The translations under genes and the position numbers were made by a program. The notes beneath the pieces are model-generated. The model did no database searches. It saw nothing but the letters and a program-made list of their open reading frames with translations, and had not been told where the DNA came from. Below, piece by piece: positions 29,094 to 39,283 of a DNA stretch of 64,000 nucleotides; positions within the stretch are counted from its first letter, which is position 1, and each line of letters opens with the position of its first letter. Source of the stretch: Parcubacteria group bacterium LiPW_30 (GTDB lineage: Bacteria; Patescibacteriota; Minisyncoccia; Phycocordibacterales; VMEP01); contig VMEP01000001.1 in the NCBI GenBank assembly GCA_007375595.1, positions 178,816 through 242,815 on the forward strand, written 5' to 3'.

Positions 29094-29231
29094 ATATTAC
29101 TTAATTATAGCAAGGAAATTATAGTTTTTTTATAAATTTATAGATTTGTGTGGATATGTTTTGCTTTTTCAAAGTTTTTTTGTTCTGAAAGAAAAAAAGA
29201 CAATAATCTTTTCGGTTGCTATAATGATTTT

Positions 29232-29570
29232 ATGAAAAAAATAGTACTCCTTTTGTTTGTCACAGGAATAATGTTTTCACTCGCTTCTCCTTTGTCGGTT
29301 AATGCCGCTTCTGTTTTTGGTGGAAAAATTAAAGCGATTATTCCATGTACTTGTTCGCCTGGAATGGGGATAATCGTTGGGCCCCCAAAACCAGCAATCC
29401 TTCTATTTGTCCCCGGCTTGTCCCGGTTATTTAGTAATGGGCGACTATTTTCAGGGTCATGGACCCTAGGAGACTACTCTTCTGGTGGTGTTTGTATGCA
29501 GATTGCTGGGAAAACCTGTGCTCCATATCCACCAATACAAGGAACAATCATTAAGATTGGAACATCCTAA
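29232..29570 (+). CDS. small secreted Cys-containing protein
   Basis: Internal ATG of ORF 29148..29570 gives MKKIVLLLFVTGIMFSLASPLSVNA, a signal peptide. Confidence 0.45.
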   Translation: MKKIVLLLFVTGIMFSLASPLSVNAASVFGGKIKAIIPCTCSPGMGIIVGPPKPAILLFVPGLSRLFSNGRLFSGSWTLGDYSSGGVCMQIAGKTCAPYPPIQGTIIKIGTS

Positions 29571-29583
29571 TTCTTGGTAGTTT

Positions 29584-30366
29584 TTACAAATCCTTTGCAA
29601 GAAGTAAGAAGGTCTCAGGAGAGAGATCTTCCGCTCTTGTGTTTGTGTCTAACCTTAGTTTTGTGAATGCTTTTGAAATATTTTCCTTTTTTGCCACACT
29701 GGTTAAGTTACTAGAAATTTTTTTACGCTTACTGCTAAATCCTGCTTTTAGTATTTCAAAAAATTTTCGCTCCCCGCTTTTATCTTTAAACGGGGATTTT
29801 ATATTTTCAATTGCGAGCACTGCTGAATCAACATTCGGTCTTGGAAAAAAACTTCCCGCCGAAACACGGCGCACAATTTTTGGAGTACCGTACGTTTTTA
29901 CTGAGAGAGATAAAACACTTTCTTTTTTGTCGCGCGCAATTACTCTTTCAGCAACTTCCTTTTGAACCATGAAGATGATTGTTTTTGGGCGTGGCCCTGT
30001 TTCGAGAAAAAGTCTGAATAATAGTCCTGTTAAGTTGTATGGAATGTTCGCGATTAGTTTATAATCACCCTCTTTTATTTTATGTGTAGCGAAATCAAAA
30101 TTTAAAATATCCCCAGAAATTAAAATTAATTTTCCATTTTTTATTTCATCCGCAAATTTTTCTGAAAGAAATAAAAAGAGTTCGTGGTCTTTTTCAACAG
30201 CAATAACATTTTTCGCATATTTAATTAAAAATTCGGTGAGTATTCCTTTACCAGGACCAACCTCAAGAACAACGTCTTTTTTTGAAATATCTCCCGATAG
30301 GGCAATATTCTCTGCGATTTTTTTATCGGTCAGGAAATTCTGACCAAGTGATTTTTTTGGTTTCAC
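29584..30366 (-). CDS. rsmA: 16S rRNA (adenine1518/1519-N6)-dimethyltransferase RsmA/KsgA
   Basis: LGQNFL and VLEVGPGKG SAM-binding motifs. Confidence 0.85.
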   Translation of the reverse strand: MKPKKSLGQNFLTDKKIAENIALSGDISKKDVVLEVGPGKGILTEFLIKYAKNVIAVEKDHELFLFLSEKFADEIKNGKLILISGDILNFDFATHKIKEGDYKLIANIPYNLTGLLFRLFLETGPRPKTIIFMVQKEVAERVIARDKKESVLSLSVKTYGTPKIVRRVSAGSFFPRPNVDSAVLAIENIKSPFKDKSGERKFFEILKAGFSSKRKKISSNLTSVAKKENISKAFTKLRLDTNTRAEDLSPETFLLLAKDL

Positions 30367-30367
30367 G

Positions 30368-32380
30368 TTAATCTAAGTATATTACTTTTCCGACTGATTC
30401 ACTCCTCTCTGTTTGTTCAAGGAGTGTTGGGTCGATATCGTAGATAAACTCAGAAGGAGTTTCGACTTGGCGAGAGCCAAAAATGGTACGAACGGTCGCA
30501 AATGTTAGAAAAACTTTTTTGCGGGCGCGAGTAATGGCCACATAAAATAAACGACGCTCCTCCTCAGAATCTTCCTCGGTTGTTGTTGGAAGATTAACTC
30601 TTGCGTGTGGGAATAATCCTTGTTCGAGGCCGACAATAAAAACATAATCAAACTCTAAGCCTTTTGAAGCATGGGCGGTCATTAAACGAACACCGTCTTT
30701 GTTTTTTTTCTGATCCATAGAATCTTGGTCGCTCGCAAGGGCAGCATCTGATAGTAATTTCTCCACTCCTTCGTCGGGCTCAAAAATATCGTATTTTGTA
30801 GCAAGAGAAGCAAGTTCCATCATGTTTTCAAGGCGCTCCAAATCTTCTTCGCCACCTTCTTCTTTGAAGAATTTTTCTAAACCAGTTTCTTTAATTACAA
30901 AGCGCACCAACTCAGAAGTTTTCATTGTCTCTGATGAATTTTTTATCTTTTCGAGAAGCGCCCAAAAAATTGAGATGCGCTCCCTCATTTTTGGTGGCAG
31001 TGAATCTTCTTTGCCAGAAAAGATTTTTGCGATAGTTGCATCCCCTACTCCACGCGGTGGAACATTAATAACACGTTTAATATCGGAAAGTCCGGCCGGG
31101 TTTCTTCCGGCACGAATATATGCGAGTACATCTTTAACTTCTTTTCTCTCAAAAAATTTCACACCCAAAACTCGATGTGGAACATTAAGAGAAAGAAACC
31201 CTTCCTCAAGAGCACGAGATTGATAATTTGCGCGGTATAAAACGGCGATTTCGTTTGATGGTACCCCTCTCTCAATTAGCTCGGCTGATTTTGAGGCAAT
31301 GAAACGAGCTTCGTCGGCTTCATCATATGCTTCGAAGACGGAAATTTTCTCACCCTCAACATTTTTTGTAAAAAGATTTTTTTCTTTACGGATTTTATTT
31401 TTCTTAATGATATCATTTGCCGCCTGGAGAATGTTTTGAGTTGAACGATAATTTTCTTCAAGGAGAACAACCTTTGCTCCGGGATAATCATGTTCAAAAT
31501 TTAAAATGTTTCGTAAGTTTGCTCCGCGCCAACCATAAATATTTTGATCACTATCACCGACAACACAAACATTCTTTTCTTTTTTTGCCAAGAGGTGTGA
31601 TAGTTCGTATTGGGCGGTGTTTGTATCTTGATACTCGTCAATATGAATATATTTCCAAGTGTCGTGATATTTTTTTAGAACATCTTGGTTTTCTCTTAAA
31701 AGAATTGTGGTTCTGGTAACAAGGTCATCAAAGTCAAAAGCATTTTCTTCTTTTAAAAGGGTTTCATATTTTCTCCAAACAGAAGAAAGTATTTTTGGAA
31801 AATAACCTTCCGCCGTTTCGGCGTATTCGTCTGCCGAAACAACATTTCCTTTGTGCCTTGAAATGGCCCAACGTAGTCGCGCCGGATCAAATTGTTTTGG
31901 ATCCAAATCTAGACTTTTGATGGCATTCCTAACAAGAGAGACGGTTTCCTGTTCATCTAATATAGAAAAGCGGGCGGTGCGACCGACGTGTGAGGCATTT
32001 TCCCGCAATATCTTTACTCCTAAGGAATGGAAGGTTGCAACAAGTGGGCCATCTTTTAGTCCGAAATCAGCAACCGAGCGTCTAGTAGAAAGAAGGGCGG
32101 AAACACGCTGCCCCATCTCCGCCGCCGCCTTGTTTGTGAAAGTAATAGCCAAAATTGAACTCGGGGTTACCCCGCTCTCTACTAAGTGAAGGATTCTGTG
32201 GGTTATGGTTTTTGTTTTCCCAGCCCCGGCCCCCGCGATAATCAAGAGAGGACCAGTCGTTTGAGCGACAGCTTCTTGTTGCTGTGGATTTAAGTCGTTT
32301 TTTGAAGAAGACATGGATGGAACTATAACATCAAGCCATCCATTAAAGAAAAAATTGTTAAATTTCTTAAAAAATACCAC
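30368..32380 (-). CDS. pcrA: ATP-dependent DNA helicase, UvrD/PcrA/Rep family
   Basis: Walker A GAGAGKTKT, DEYQDTN motif, C-terminal UvrD helicase domains. Confidence 0.85.
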   Translation of the reverse strand: MVFFKKFNNFFFNGWLDVIVPSMSSSKNDLNPQQQEAVAQTTGPLLIIAGAGAGKTKTITHRILHLVESGVTPSSILAITFTNKAAAEMGQRVSALLSTRRSVADFGLKDGPLVATFHSLGVKILRENASHVGRTARFSILDEQETVSLVRNAIKSLDLDPKQFDPARLRWAISRHKGNVVSADEYAETAEGYFPKILSSVWRKYETLLKEENAFDFDDLVTRTTILLRENQDVLKKYHDTWKYIHIDEYQDTNTAQYELSHLLAKKEKNVCVVGDSDQNIYGWRGANLRNILNFEHDYPGAKVVLLEENYRSTQNILQAANDIIKKNKIRKEKNLFTKNVEGEKISVFEAYDEADEARFIASKSAELIERGVPSNEIAVLYRANYQSRALEEGFLSLNVPHRVLGVKFFERKEVKDVLAYIRAGRNPAGLSDIKRVINVPPRGVGDATIAKIFSGKEDSLPPKMRERISIFWALLEKIKNSSETMKTSELVRFVIKETGLEKFFKEEGGEEDLERLENMMELASLATKYDIFEPDEGVEKLLSDAALASDQDSMDQKKNKDGVRLMTAHASKGLEFDYVFIVGLEQGLFPHARVNLPTTTEEDSEEERRLFYVAITRARKKVFLTFATVRTIFGSRQVETPSEFIYDIDPTLLEQTERSESVGKVIYLD

Positions 32381-32722
32381 TACGTGATTTTCAAAAAGGC
32401 TTTTTAGGTTGTCCCAAAGATATCCCCACCTTCATTGACTTCCTTCTCCATGAGGGATACCATTTTAAGTGAAGGGGGAATATCCCCTTCGAAATAGAAA
32501 AATGGCTCTGCTAGGCCATTTTTAGCCCTTTTAGGGCCTTAAGATAGTAAAATTGCTTGTTTTTCAACGGTTTTACCCACTCGGGTCATACAGGGAAAGG
32601 GCAATTTTTAAAATAGGCTTATCGAACATAAAGAAAAAGACCCTGGTTGTGCTAATCAGGCGAAAAACCCCTTATTTTTAGGGCTTCTCTCAAAGAGGCT
32701 TGTACTCCTATTTATAGGTGTT

Positions 32723-33715
32723 TTGTTAGTATATTCGTCACCTTCCACGGCTTCTGCGGGAGTTTTTTCTAAAATAGGAGATTTTTTCTCAAAGAACGAC
32801 TCAATACAAGAAGGAGGTAATTCCCAGAACTTGGCAATCTTAGAAGCATCATCAGGACCGTCCTGGCAAAAACTCCCTTCTGGCGGTGGGGATATTACTA
32901 TTGTTGGAGGCGTGGCCCTTCTTCCAGACGCTGGTCCTTCTGGAACACAAGTTGAGGTTAACGAAAAACCATCATCAGCTTCCGGTCAGGTTAGTACCTA
33001 TATTGTTAGACAAGGCGATACCATTTCAAGTATTGCCAAAATGTTTGATGTTAGTGCTGGCACAATTTTAAGTGCCAATGATTTAAAAAGAGGAGACACT
33101 TTGTCTGTTGGACAGAAACTCATAATCCTACCTATTTCTGGTGTTCAATACACAGTGAAAAAAGGAGACACGATTTCCTCTGTTGCTAAGAAGTATAAAG
33201 TTGATGTTGGTGAAATTGTTGGTTTCAACGGCTTCTCTTCAAGTGAAGAAGACCTCACTATTGGCGAGGTAATAATTATTCCTTTTGCCGAGGTTGAAGA
33301 AAAGAGTACGACACAAACCAAAAAAACTACCAGCAAGGCCCATGGTACGAGCGGCCCAGACTATAGCGGTTATTACATGAGACCAGTCCAATACGAACTC
33401 GGAAGAAAATCTCAAGGATTACATGGATACAATGGCGTTGATATTGCGGGAGCAGTAGGAACTCCGATTGTTGCCGCAGCTTCAGGTGAAGTTATTGTTT
33501 CAAAACAAGGTGGATGGAATGGAGGATATGGTTCATATATTGTTATTTCTCACGACAACGGAACACAGACTCTTTACGGTCACTTAAGCGGTGTTGTAGC
33601 AAAAGAAGGTTGGCATGTAAGTAAGGGGCAACTTATTGGCTACATGGGCTCAACTGGACGCTCAACTGGCTCACACTTACACTTTGAGGTTCGTGGGGCT
33701 AAAAACCCATTCTAA
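32723..33715 (+). CDS. peptidoglycan endopeptidase with two LysM domains and C-terminal M23 peptidase domain
   Basis: Two LysM repeats (YIVRQGDTISSIA, YTVKKGDTISSVA). M23 motifs HxxxD-like and HLHFEV. Confidence 0.85.
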   Translation: MLVYSSPSTASAGVFSKIGDFFSKNDSIQEGGNSQNLAILEASSGPSWQKLPSGGGDITIVGGVALLPDAGPSGTQVEVNEKPSSASGQVSTYIVRQGDTISSIAKMFDVSAGTILSANDLKRGDTLSVGQKLIILPISGVQYTVKKGDTISSVAKKYKVDVGEIVGFNGFSSSEEDLTIGEVIIIPFAEVEEKSTTQTKKTTSKAHGTSGPDYSGYYMRPVQYELGRKSQGLHGYNGVDIAGAVGTPIVAAASGEVIVSKQGGWNGGYGSYIVISHDNGTQTLYGHLSGVVAKEGWHVSKGQLIGYMGSTGRSTGSHLHFEVRGAKNPF

Positions 33716-33829
33716 GGGTTTCGCCCGAACGCGAAGTGTTTTAGAACTAAAAACCCATTTTAAAGGAAGGATGACGGGTAAGGAAGATTGCCCAAAAATA
33801 TAATTTGCGATCTAGATAATCGACCAAAC

Positions 33830-33860
33830 AAAAAATCCGCAATTTCAGGCGGATTTTTTG
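33830..33860. terminator. bidirectional terminator between M23 peptidase (+) and comM (-)
   Basis: aaaaaatccgcaatttcaggcggattttttg: hairpin with A-run and T-run flanks. Confidence 0.5.
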
Positions 33861-33864
33861 TTTA

Positions 33865-35430
33865 CTAAGTGCGAGATAAAAATGATTCCCTTGGGCGATA
33901 GTGGATAGCTTCTAGGATATGTTTATCTAAAATTTCGTCACTTTCATCTAGGTCGGCGATTGTTCGGGCAAGTTTAATTGTTTTGTGATAAGCGCGCGCT
34001 GAAAAATTAAAATGTTCTGCGCTTTGGCGTAAAATTTTTTCTGCATTATCCGTGATACGAGACATTTCTATTATGTCTTTTGCTTTCATGTCGGTGTTTA
34101 GCTTTCCTTTTTTATTGAAAATCAAAAAACGTTCTTTTTGTCGAGCACGAGCACGAGTAACACGGGCGCGGATATTTTCACTTTTCTCCCCATCACTTTC
34201 ACCGGAAAGTTTTTGGTAATCAATCGTTCCAACTTCAATCCACATGTCTACACGGTCAACAATCGGTCCTGATAACTTTCTTTCGTAGCGAGCGATGGCA
34301 GAAGCAGTGCAGGTGCATTGTTGTTTTTTATTACCACGATTGCCACAAGGACAAGGGTTTAGTGCGGCGACCAAAATAAAAGATGCTGGAAAAAGAGCAA
34401 AGCCACGAGAGCGAGAAATATTTACCACACGGTCTTCAAGTGGCTGTCGGAGCGATTCCAAAACACGAGTTTCAAATTCCGGGAATTCATCTAGAAACAA
34501 AACTCCACGATGTGCGAGGGTTGCTTCTCCTGGTTTAGGAATAGCCCCTCCTCCAATAACGGAAACGTAAGAAGCGGTGTGGTGTGGAGAGCGAAACGGC
34601 GGTGTGGTGATAATTGTTTCCTTTAATATCCCGGCTGCAGAATGGATGCCAGTGACTTCGAGCATTTCTTCTTCGCTTAAATTTGGGAGAAGCCCGCGGA
34701 ATCCTTTAGCGAGCATTGTCTTTCCGGTTCCGGGTGGTCCGTAAAGAGCAATATTGTGCCCACCAGAAGCGGCTATTTCTAAACCACGTTTTCCTGTTTC
34801 TTGTCCACGAATTTCTGAAAGATCTAAATCTACCTCAGAAAATGATTGAGAAATTTCTGTTGGTTCAGAAATTTTTATAACATTTTGCTCTTCTTGGGGA
34901 TTTTTTTCTTTGTTATAAGAAAGGTGACTTATTAACTGTTTTAATGTTTTAACTGGGAAAATTTTTATTCCTCTAATGAGAGCTGCTTCATTTGCATTTT
35001 CTTCTGGAACATAAAGTTCTTCAAAACCTTTTTGTTTTGCTTCTTCTGCAATAAGTAAAGTTCCCCGCACTGGCATGACTCTACCATCAAGAGAAAGTTC
35101 TCCGACAAATAATTTTTTATTTGTATCAAAAGAAATATCTTCTGAGGCAAGGGCGTAAGCAAGTGCAATTGGGACATCAAAAACAGGACCTTCTTTTTTC
35201 ATATCAGCAGGAGCAAGGGAAACGACTACTTTCTCGTTTTTACTTTTCGGTGGTTTGAGTCCTGAATTTTTAATCGCGGCGCTAACTCGGTCGCGAGATT
35301 CCTCGACTGCTTTATCCGGGAGTCCGACAATTGAAAACGAAAAGAGGCCACGAGAAATGTCGGCCTCTACGTTAACCACGTGTGCTTTTAGGAATTGTAT
35401 TTGAGCTCCATAAACACGCGCGAAATTCAT
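33865..35430 (-). CDS. comM: Mg-chelatase-like AAA+ protein YifB/ComM
   Basis: 521 aa. N-terminal Lon-like domain, AAA+ Walker A GPPGTGKT, C-terminal ChlI domain. Confidence 0.85.
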   Translation of the reverse strand: MNFARVYGAQIQFLKAHVVNVEADISRGLFSFSIVGLPDKAVEESRDRVSAAIKNSGLKPPKSKNEKVVVSLAPADMKKEGPVFDVPIALAYALASEDISFDTNKKLFVGELSLDGRVMPVRGTLLIAEEAKQKGFEELYVPEENANEAALIRGIKIFPVKTLKQLISHLSYNKEKNPQEEQNVIKISEPTEISQSFSEVDLDLSEIRGQETGKRGLEIAASGGHNIALYGPPGTGKTMLAKGFRGLLPNLSEEEMLEVTGIHSAAGILKETIITTPPFRSPHHTASYVSVIGGGAIPKPGEATLAHRGVLFLDEFPEFETRVLESLRQPLEDRVVNISRSRGFALFPASFILVAALNPCPCGNRGNKKQQCTCTASAIARYERKLSGPIVDRVDMWIEVGTIDYQKLSGESDGEKSENIRARVTRARARQKERFLIFNKKGKLNTDMKAKDIIEMSRITDNAEKILRQSAEHFNFSARAYHKTIKLARTIADLDESDEILDKHILEAIHYRPRESFLSRT

Positions 35431-35445
35431 AATTTTGGTGACGGA

Positions 35446-35802
35446 CTATAAGTGCTCCATGCAGGTTGTTGCTGCTGCATTTGCATCAAGTCTTTTTTCT
35501 TCTATTTCTTTTCCACAAACAGAACAAATACCGTATCCATTATTTTTTGTTCGAAGAATGGCGGCGTCGACTTCATTCAATCTTTTTTCTAGTTCTGATT
35601 GAGTGGCGGTGACCTCTTCAAAGTCTTCCATTAAATCAGCCATTTCGTTTTTATCAGAAACGCTTGCATCCATTACAGAAGGAACTGGTTCCCAGTCTTT
35701 TGGATTACTTGGGTTCTTTCTTCCGAGTGACTGCATCTCTTCTTCGAGAAGCTTTTTTTCTTCGGTTAATTTCTGTATGTATTTTTCGTAATTTTTTTCC
35801 AT
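35446..35802 (-). CDS. dksA: DksA/TraR-family C4 zinc-finger protein
   Basis: C-terminal CxxC...C zinc-finger signature (CSVCGKEIEEKRLDANAAATTCMEHL) plus N-terminal coiled coil. The ORF track start at 35847 is GTG inside a hairpin, so ATG at 35802 is preferred. Confidence 0.65.
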   Translation of the reverse strand: MEKNYEKYIQKLTEEKKLLEEEMQSLGRKNPSNPKDWEPVPSVMDASVSDKNEMADLMEDFEEVTATQSELEKRLNEVDAAILRTKNNGYGICSVCGKEIEEKRLDANAAATTCMEHL

Positions 35803-35926
35803 ATTTTTATTACGACGAGCGAGGATCGCATGAGTGAGTATTTTCACTCATGACGTTCGAGTCGACGTCGTATCAAAAGGTTAATACCTTTTATTTTATC
35901 ACAATCCTCCATTTTTTGAACACCAA

Positions 35927-36919
35927 CTATATTTGTGATTTTGGAACAGAGAGTCTAGTGATTAGCTCGCTTAAGGTCGCCTCGTTTGTTGTGACGATTA
36001 TTGTTTTCTTGTCTTTGAAGTAATAAAGAAGGAGGGGCTGATTCGCGTTATCGGTTAGCATTCGGACATCTTTGTTTTTTACAACAGCATCAACAAAGTC
36101 TTTTTCATAAAGATTGGATTTACCATTTGGGGCAATGCCAAAAAGTGGAAGAATTTCTTCTGCCATATCATTTTCCCAAGAATACATTCCTGCCACTGCA
36201 TTTTCATAGAAGTTTGTTTTAAGTATTAAGAATGGTTGGTTCCCATTAAAGGAATGAATCCCAAATAAGAAAGAAGTATCAAGGGAGCGAAGAAGAGTTG
36301 AGGGAATTCTTGATTCAAGTAAAGAAAATAGTCGTTCAGTATTTAGGATTTCAGGTTGAGATAAATAATCTTTTGTTTCTGTAAAATATATATTGACTAG
36401 TGTGTCTAGGCGAGGAGTTAAGTTTTTAACAACAGTTGTACTTTTTTTCCAGATGTTCTCGCGGTTATTTCCTGTTATATCAATAGCAACATCTTGTTCT
36501 GTTAAGATAAAAGTTTTTATACGTGGAACAGTATTTGGGTCTTCTCCCGTGGTATTCAGTGTTTTAACAAAAAAGAAGGTGGCAAGTAAAACACCGGCGA
36601 TTAGTAGAATAACGCTTAAAGAAATCAAGACGATGTTTTTTGAAGAACGGGGAGAGAGTTCTCTAAACTGGACATCACGCTTCCCTTGCTCTGCAATAAC
36701 CATCCTTACAAGAGAAGTTTTATTTTCTTGAACAGATCTTGCTGCGTCAGTTTGATAAGTTCTAATAGACGATATTTTTGGTGGAACACTGACCTTAGGT
36801 TCTTCTTTAGCCGGGGAATCATTCAGGGAAGTTTGCTGAACAGGCTCCACACCCAAGCCTATTTCTTCTTTTGGCCCTTGATTTTGTGGGGTAGTCTCAT
36901 CCATTAACATATTATACAC
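35927..36919 (-). CDS. bitopic membrane protein, unknown function
   Basis: 330 aa with a single central TM helix (IVLISLSVILLIAGVLLATFFFV). Confidence 0.45.
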   Translation of the reverse strand: MYNMLMDETTPQNQGPKEEIGLGVEPVQQTSLNDSPAKEEPKVSVPPKISSIRTYQTDAARSVQENKTSLVRMVIAEQGKRDVQFRELSPRSSKNIVLISLSVILLIAGVLLATFFFVKTLNTTGEDPNTVPRIKTFILTEQDVAIDITGNNRENIWKKSTTVVKNLTPRLDTLVNIYFTETKDYLSQPEILNTERLFSLLESRIPSTLLRSLDTSFLFGIHSFNGNQPFLILKTNFYENAVAGMYSWENDMAEEILPLFGIAPNGKSNLYEKDFVDAVVKNKDVRMLTDNANQPLLLYYFKDKKTIIVTTNEATLSELITRLSVPKSQI

Positions 36920-36969
36920 GCGCGCAAGAGTTGTATGCTCTTCTTTTGTGGAGAATATTAAGTTTTCGC

Positions 36970-39120
36970 TTAAGCGCTAGTTTTCGGAATTGTTGGCTCC
37001 TCCGGCTTTATCCCTTTTCTTGTGGCAAACTCAGGATCAACATCTTTGATAGAAAGATTGATGCGGTGCTTTTCGTCAATTTCTTTGATGATGACTTCTA
37101 CCTTTTCTCCAATGGACAAAACATCTGTTACGCGATTAATGTGAAACGGAGCTATCTGTGAAACGTGGACAAGTCCATCGGTACGAGGTCCAATTTCAAC
37201 AAAAGCGCCGAAGTCCATAATACGAGCGACGGTGCCAGTAAATTTTTCTCCAACTTTATATTCCCTAGTTAGTTCTTTTATTTTTTCTAATGCTTTTTCA
37301 GCACTACCATTTTTACCAACAATCAAAACTCCACCAGTTTCGTCGATATCAATATGTTCTGCTCCCGTTGCATCTTTGATGCCATTTATTGTTTTTCCAC
37401 CAGGTCCGATAATAAGTCCAATCTGGTCTTCCTTAACTTTATGGCGCAAAACTTTTGGTGCCGAAGCTGAGAGCATTGGACGAGGTGCTGGTATGGCCTC
37501 TTTTATTTTTTCTATAATTTTTAATCGGGCATTTTTTGCGTCAACGAGAGCTTCTTTCAAAACCAAAAGAGGAATACCACCCACTTTAATATCTAGCTGA
37601 ATTGCTGTGATTCCGAGTTCAGTTCCAGCAACCTTGAAATCCATATCACCATAGTGGTCTTCTGGTCCTTGGATGTCCGTTAGAATTTTATAATTTTTTT
37701 CACCCTCCATCATTACCCCCATCGCGATTCCGGCGACAGGTCTTTTGATTGGCACACCACCATCCGTCAAAGCAAGGGTTGAACCACAAACAGAAGCCAT
37801 TGAAGTTGAGCCATTTGAAGCCATCGATTCAGAAACAATACGAATTGTATAAGGGAATTCTTCTTGGCTAGGCAAAACAGCAAGTAGGGCTTTTTCCGCA
37901 AGTGCGCCATGTCCGATTTCTCGGCGATTTATATTTCCAACTTTTTTTATTTCCCCAGATGAAAACGGTGGAAAATTATAATGATGCATGTAGCGTTTTT
38001 CCGTCTTGATTTCAATACCATCAATTGTTTGTGATTCGCCCGGTCCCGCGAGAGTTAAGGCAGAAAGAACGTGGGTTCCACCGCGATAAAAAATTCCAGT
38101 GCCATGAAGAACAGGAGAAATTCCTCCAGCTTGAGCAAAGAGTGAGCGCACCTCTTTAAAATCTCTCCCATCTGGACGCCTGTTGTTTTTTATAGCTTCT
38201 TGGTGAATAAAATCATCCATCGCCTTTTCAAAATACGAAAGAGCGAGAGAACTTTTTTCTTCTGGTAATTCTTCTTTAACAACACTCATCCAATTTTCTA
38301 GAATTCCATTGATAACTTTCCCCCCAGCTCCCCCACTTAGGATTTCGTTGAATCTACTAGAAATTTTTTCGGCAAAAATATTTTTTGCCACATCGCTGAT
38401 TTCTTCTTTCTCAATCGTATTTTTTTTCTTACCTATTTCTTTAACAATACTTTCTTGAAATTCTTGTAATTTTTTAAGTTCTGGTAAGGATTTTTCTAGC
38501 GCATCCGCAATAATGTCTTCCGGCATTTCTTCCCCGGAAGCTTCTATCATGTTTATTTTTCCATCGCGTCCACAAATAACGAGCTCAAGCTCGGCGTCAT
38601 CATGGCGACGAAAATCATAATCAGGATTTATTTCTGGGGCATCGGATTTAGAATGTTTTGTTAGACGAATTGCGGACACTGGTCCGTTCCAAGGAATGTC
38701 TGAAGTTGCAAGAGCAAGAGAGGCGGCATTAATTGCTAAAATATCAGGATCATCTTTATCAATCGCGAGGACAGTGATAATAACCTGTATTTCGTTTCTG
38801 ATATGGTCGTCAAAAAGTGGACGAATTGTGCGGTCAATAATTCTTCCAGAAAGAATTGCTTCGTCAGATGGTTTTCCTTCACGCCGAACAAACCTACTTC
38901 CCAAAATTTGGCCGGCAGCATAAAAGCGTTCTTCGTAATCAACCGTGAGTGGAAAAAAATCTATGTTGTCGCGTTTTTCTTTTGAGATTACCGCGGTCGC
39001 AAGAACAATAGTTTTTCCATAGGAGACGATAACTGAACCATTCGCTTGTTCGGTTAGGTCAGAAAAAGTTGCGGTTAGTGTTTTTCCTCCGATTTCACAC
39101 GAGAAATTTTTCTTTTGCAT
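36970..39120 (-). CDS. pnp: polyribonucleotide nucleotidyltransferase (PNPase)
   Basis: 716 aa. Two RNase PH domains, KH and S1 domains. Downstream of rpsO. Confidence 0.9.
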   Translation of the reverse strand: MQKKNFSCEIGGKTLTATFSDLTEQANGSVIVSYGKTIVLATAVISKEKRDNIDFFPLTVDYEERFYAAGQILGSRFVRREGKPSDEAILSGRIIDRTIRPLFDDHIRNEIQVIITVLAIDKDDPDILAINAASLALATSDIPWNGPVSAIRLTKHSKSDAPEINPDYDFRRHDDAELELVICGRDGKINMIEASGEEMPEDIIADALEKSLPELKKLQEFQESIVKEIGKKKNTIEKEEISDVAKNIFAEKISSRFNEILSGGAGGKVINGILENWMSVVKEELPEEKSSLALSYFEKAMDDFIHQEAIKNNRRPDGRDFKEVRSLFAQAGGISPVLHGTGIFYRGGTHVLSALTLAGPGESQTIDGIEIKTEKRYMHHYNFPPFSSGEIKKVGNINRREIGHGALAEKALLAVLPSQEEFPYTIRIVSESMASNGSTSMASVCGSTLALTDGGVPIKRPVAGIAMGVMMEGEKNYKILTDIQGPEDHYGDMDFKVAGTELGITAIQLDIKVGGIPLLVLKEALVDAKNARLKIIEKIKEAIPAPRPMLSASAPKVLRHKVKEDQIGLIIGPGGKTINGIKDATGAEHIDIDETGGVLIVGKNGSAEKALEKIKELTREYKVGEKFTGTVARIMDFGAFVEIGPRTDGLVHVSQIAPFHINRVTDVLSIGEKVEVIIKEIDEKHRINLSIKDVDPEFATRKGIKPEEPTIPKTSA

Positions 39121-39283
39121 TTTGTTTTAAACCCGCCGAATTTCAGGATTGAAAGTTTTATAAACGCTTTCAACTCTGCGTATCCGGCGACTTTTATTAA
39201 TGATAAGTTTCTTTAAGTTTCGCACGGAAACAATGTCTTTTCAATGCAAACAAAAATGAGACCAGTTTGGTCTCATTTTTGTT

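Noticed and set aside
35803-35847. GTG-initiated N-terminal extension of dksA
   Set aside because: Non-ATG start embedded in a perfect hairpin. The ATG at 35802 gives a normal-length DksA/TraR protein.
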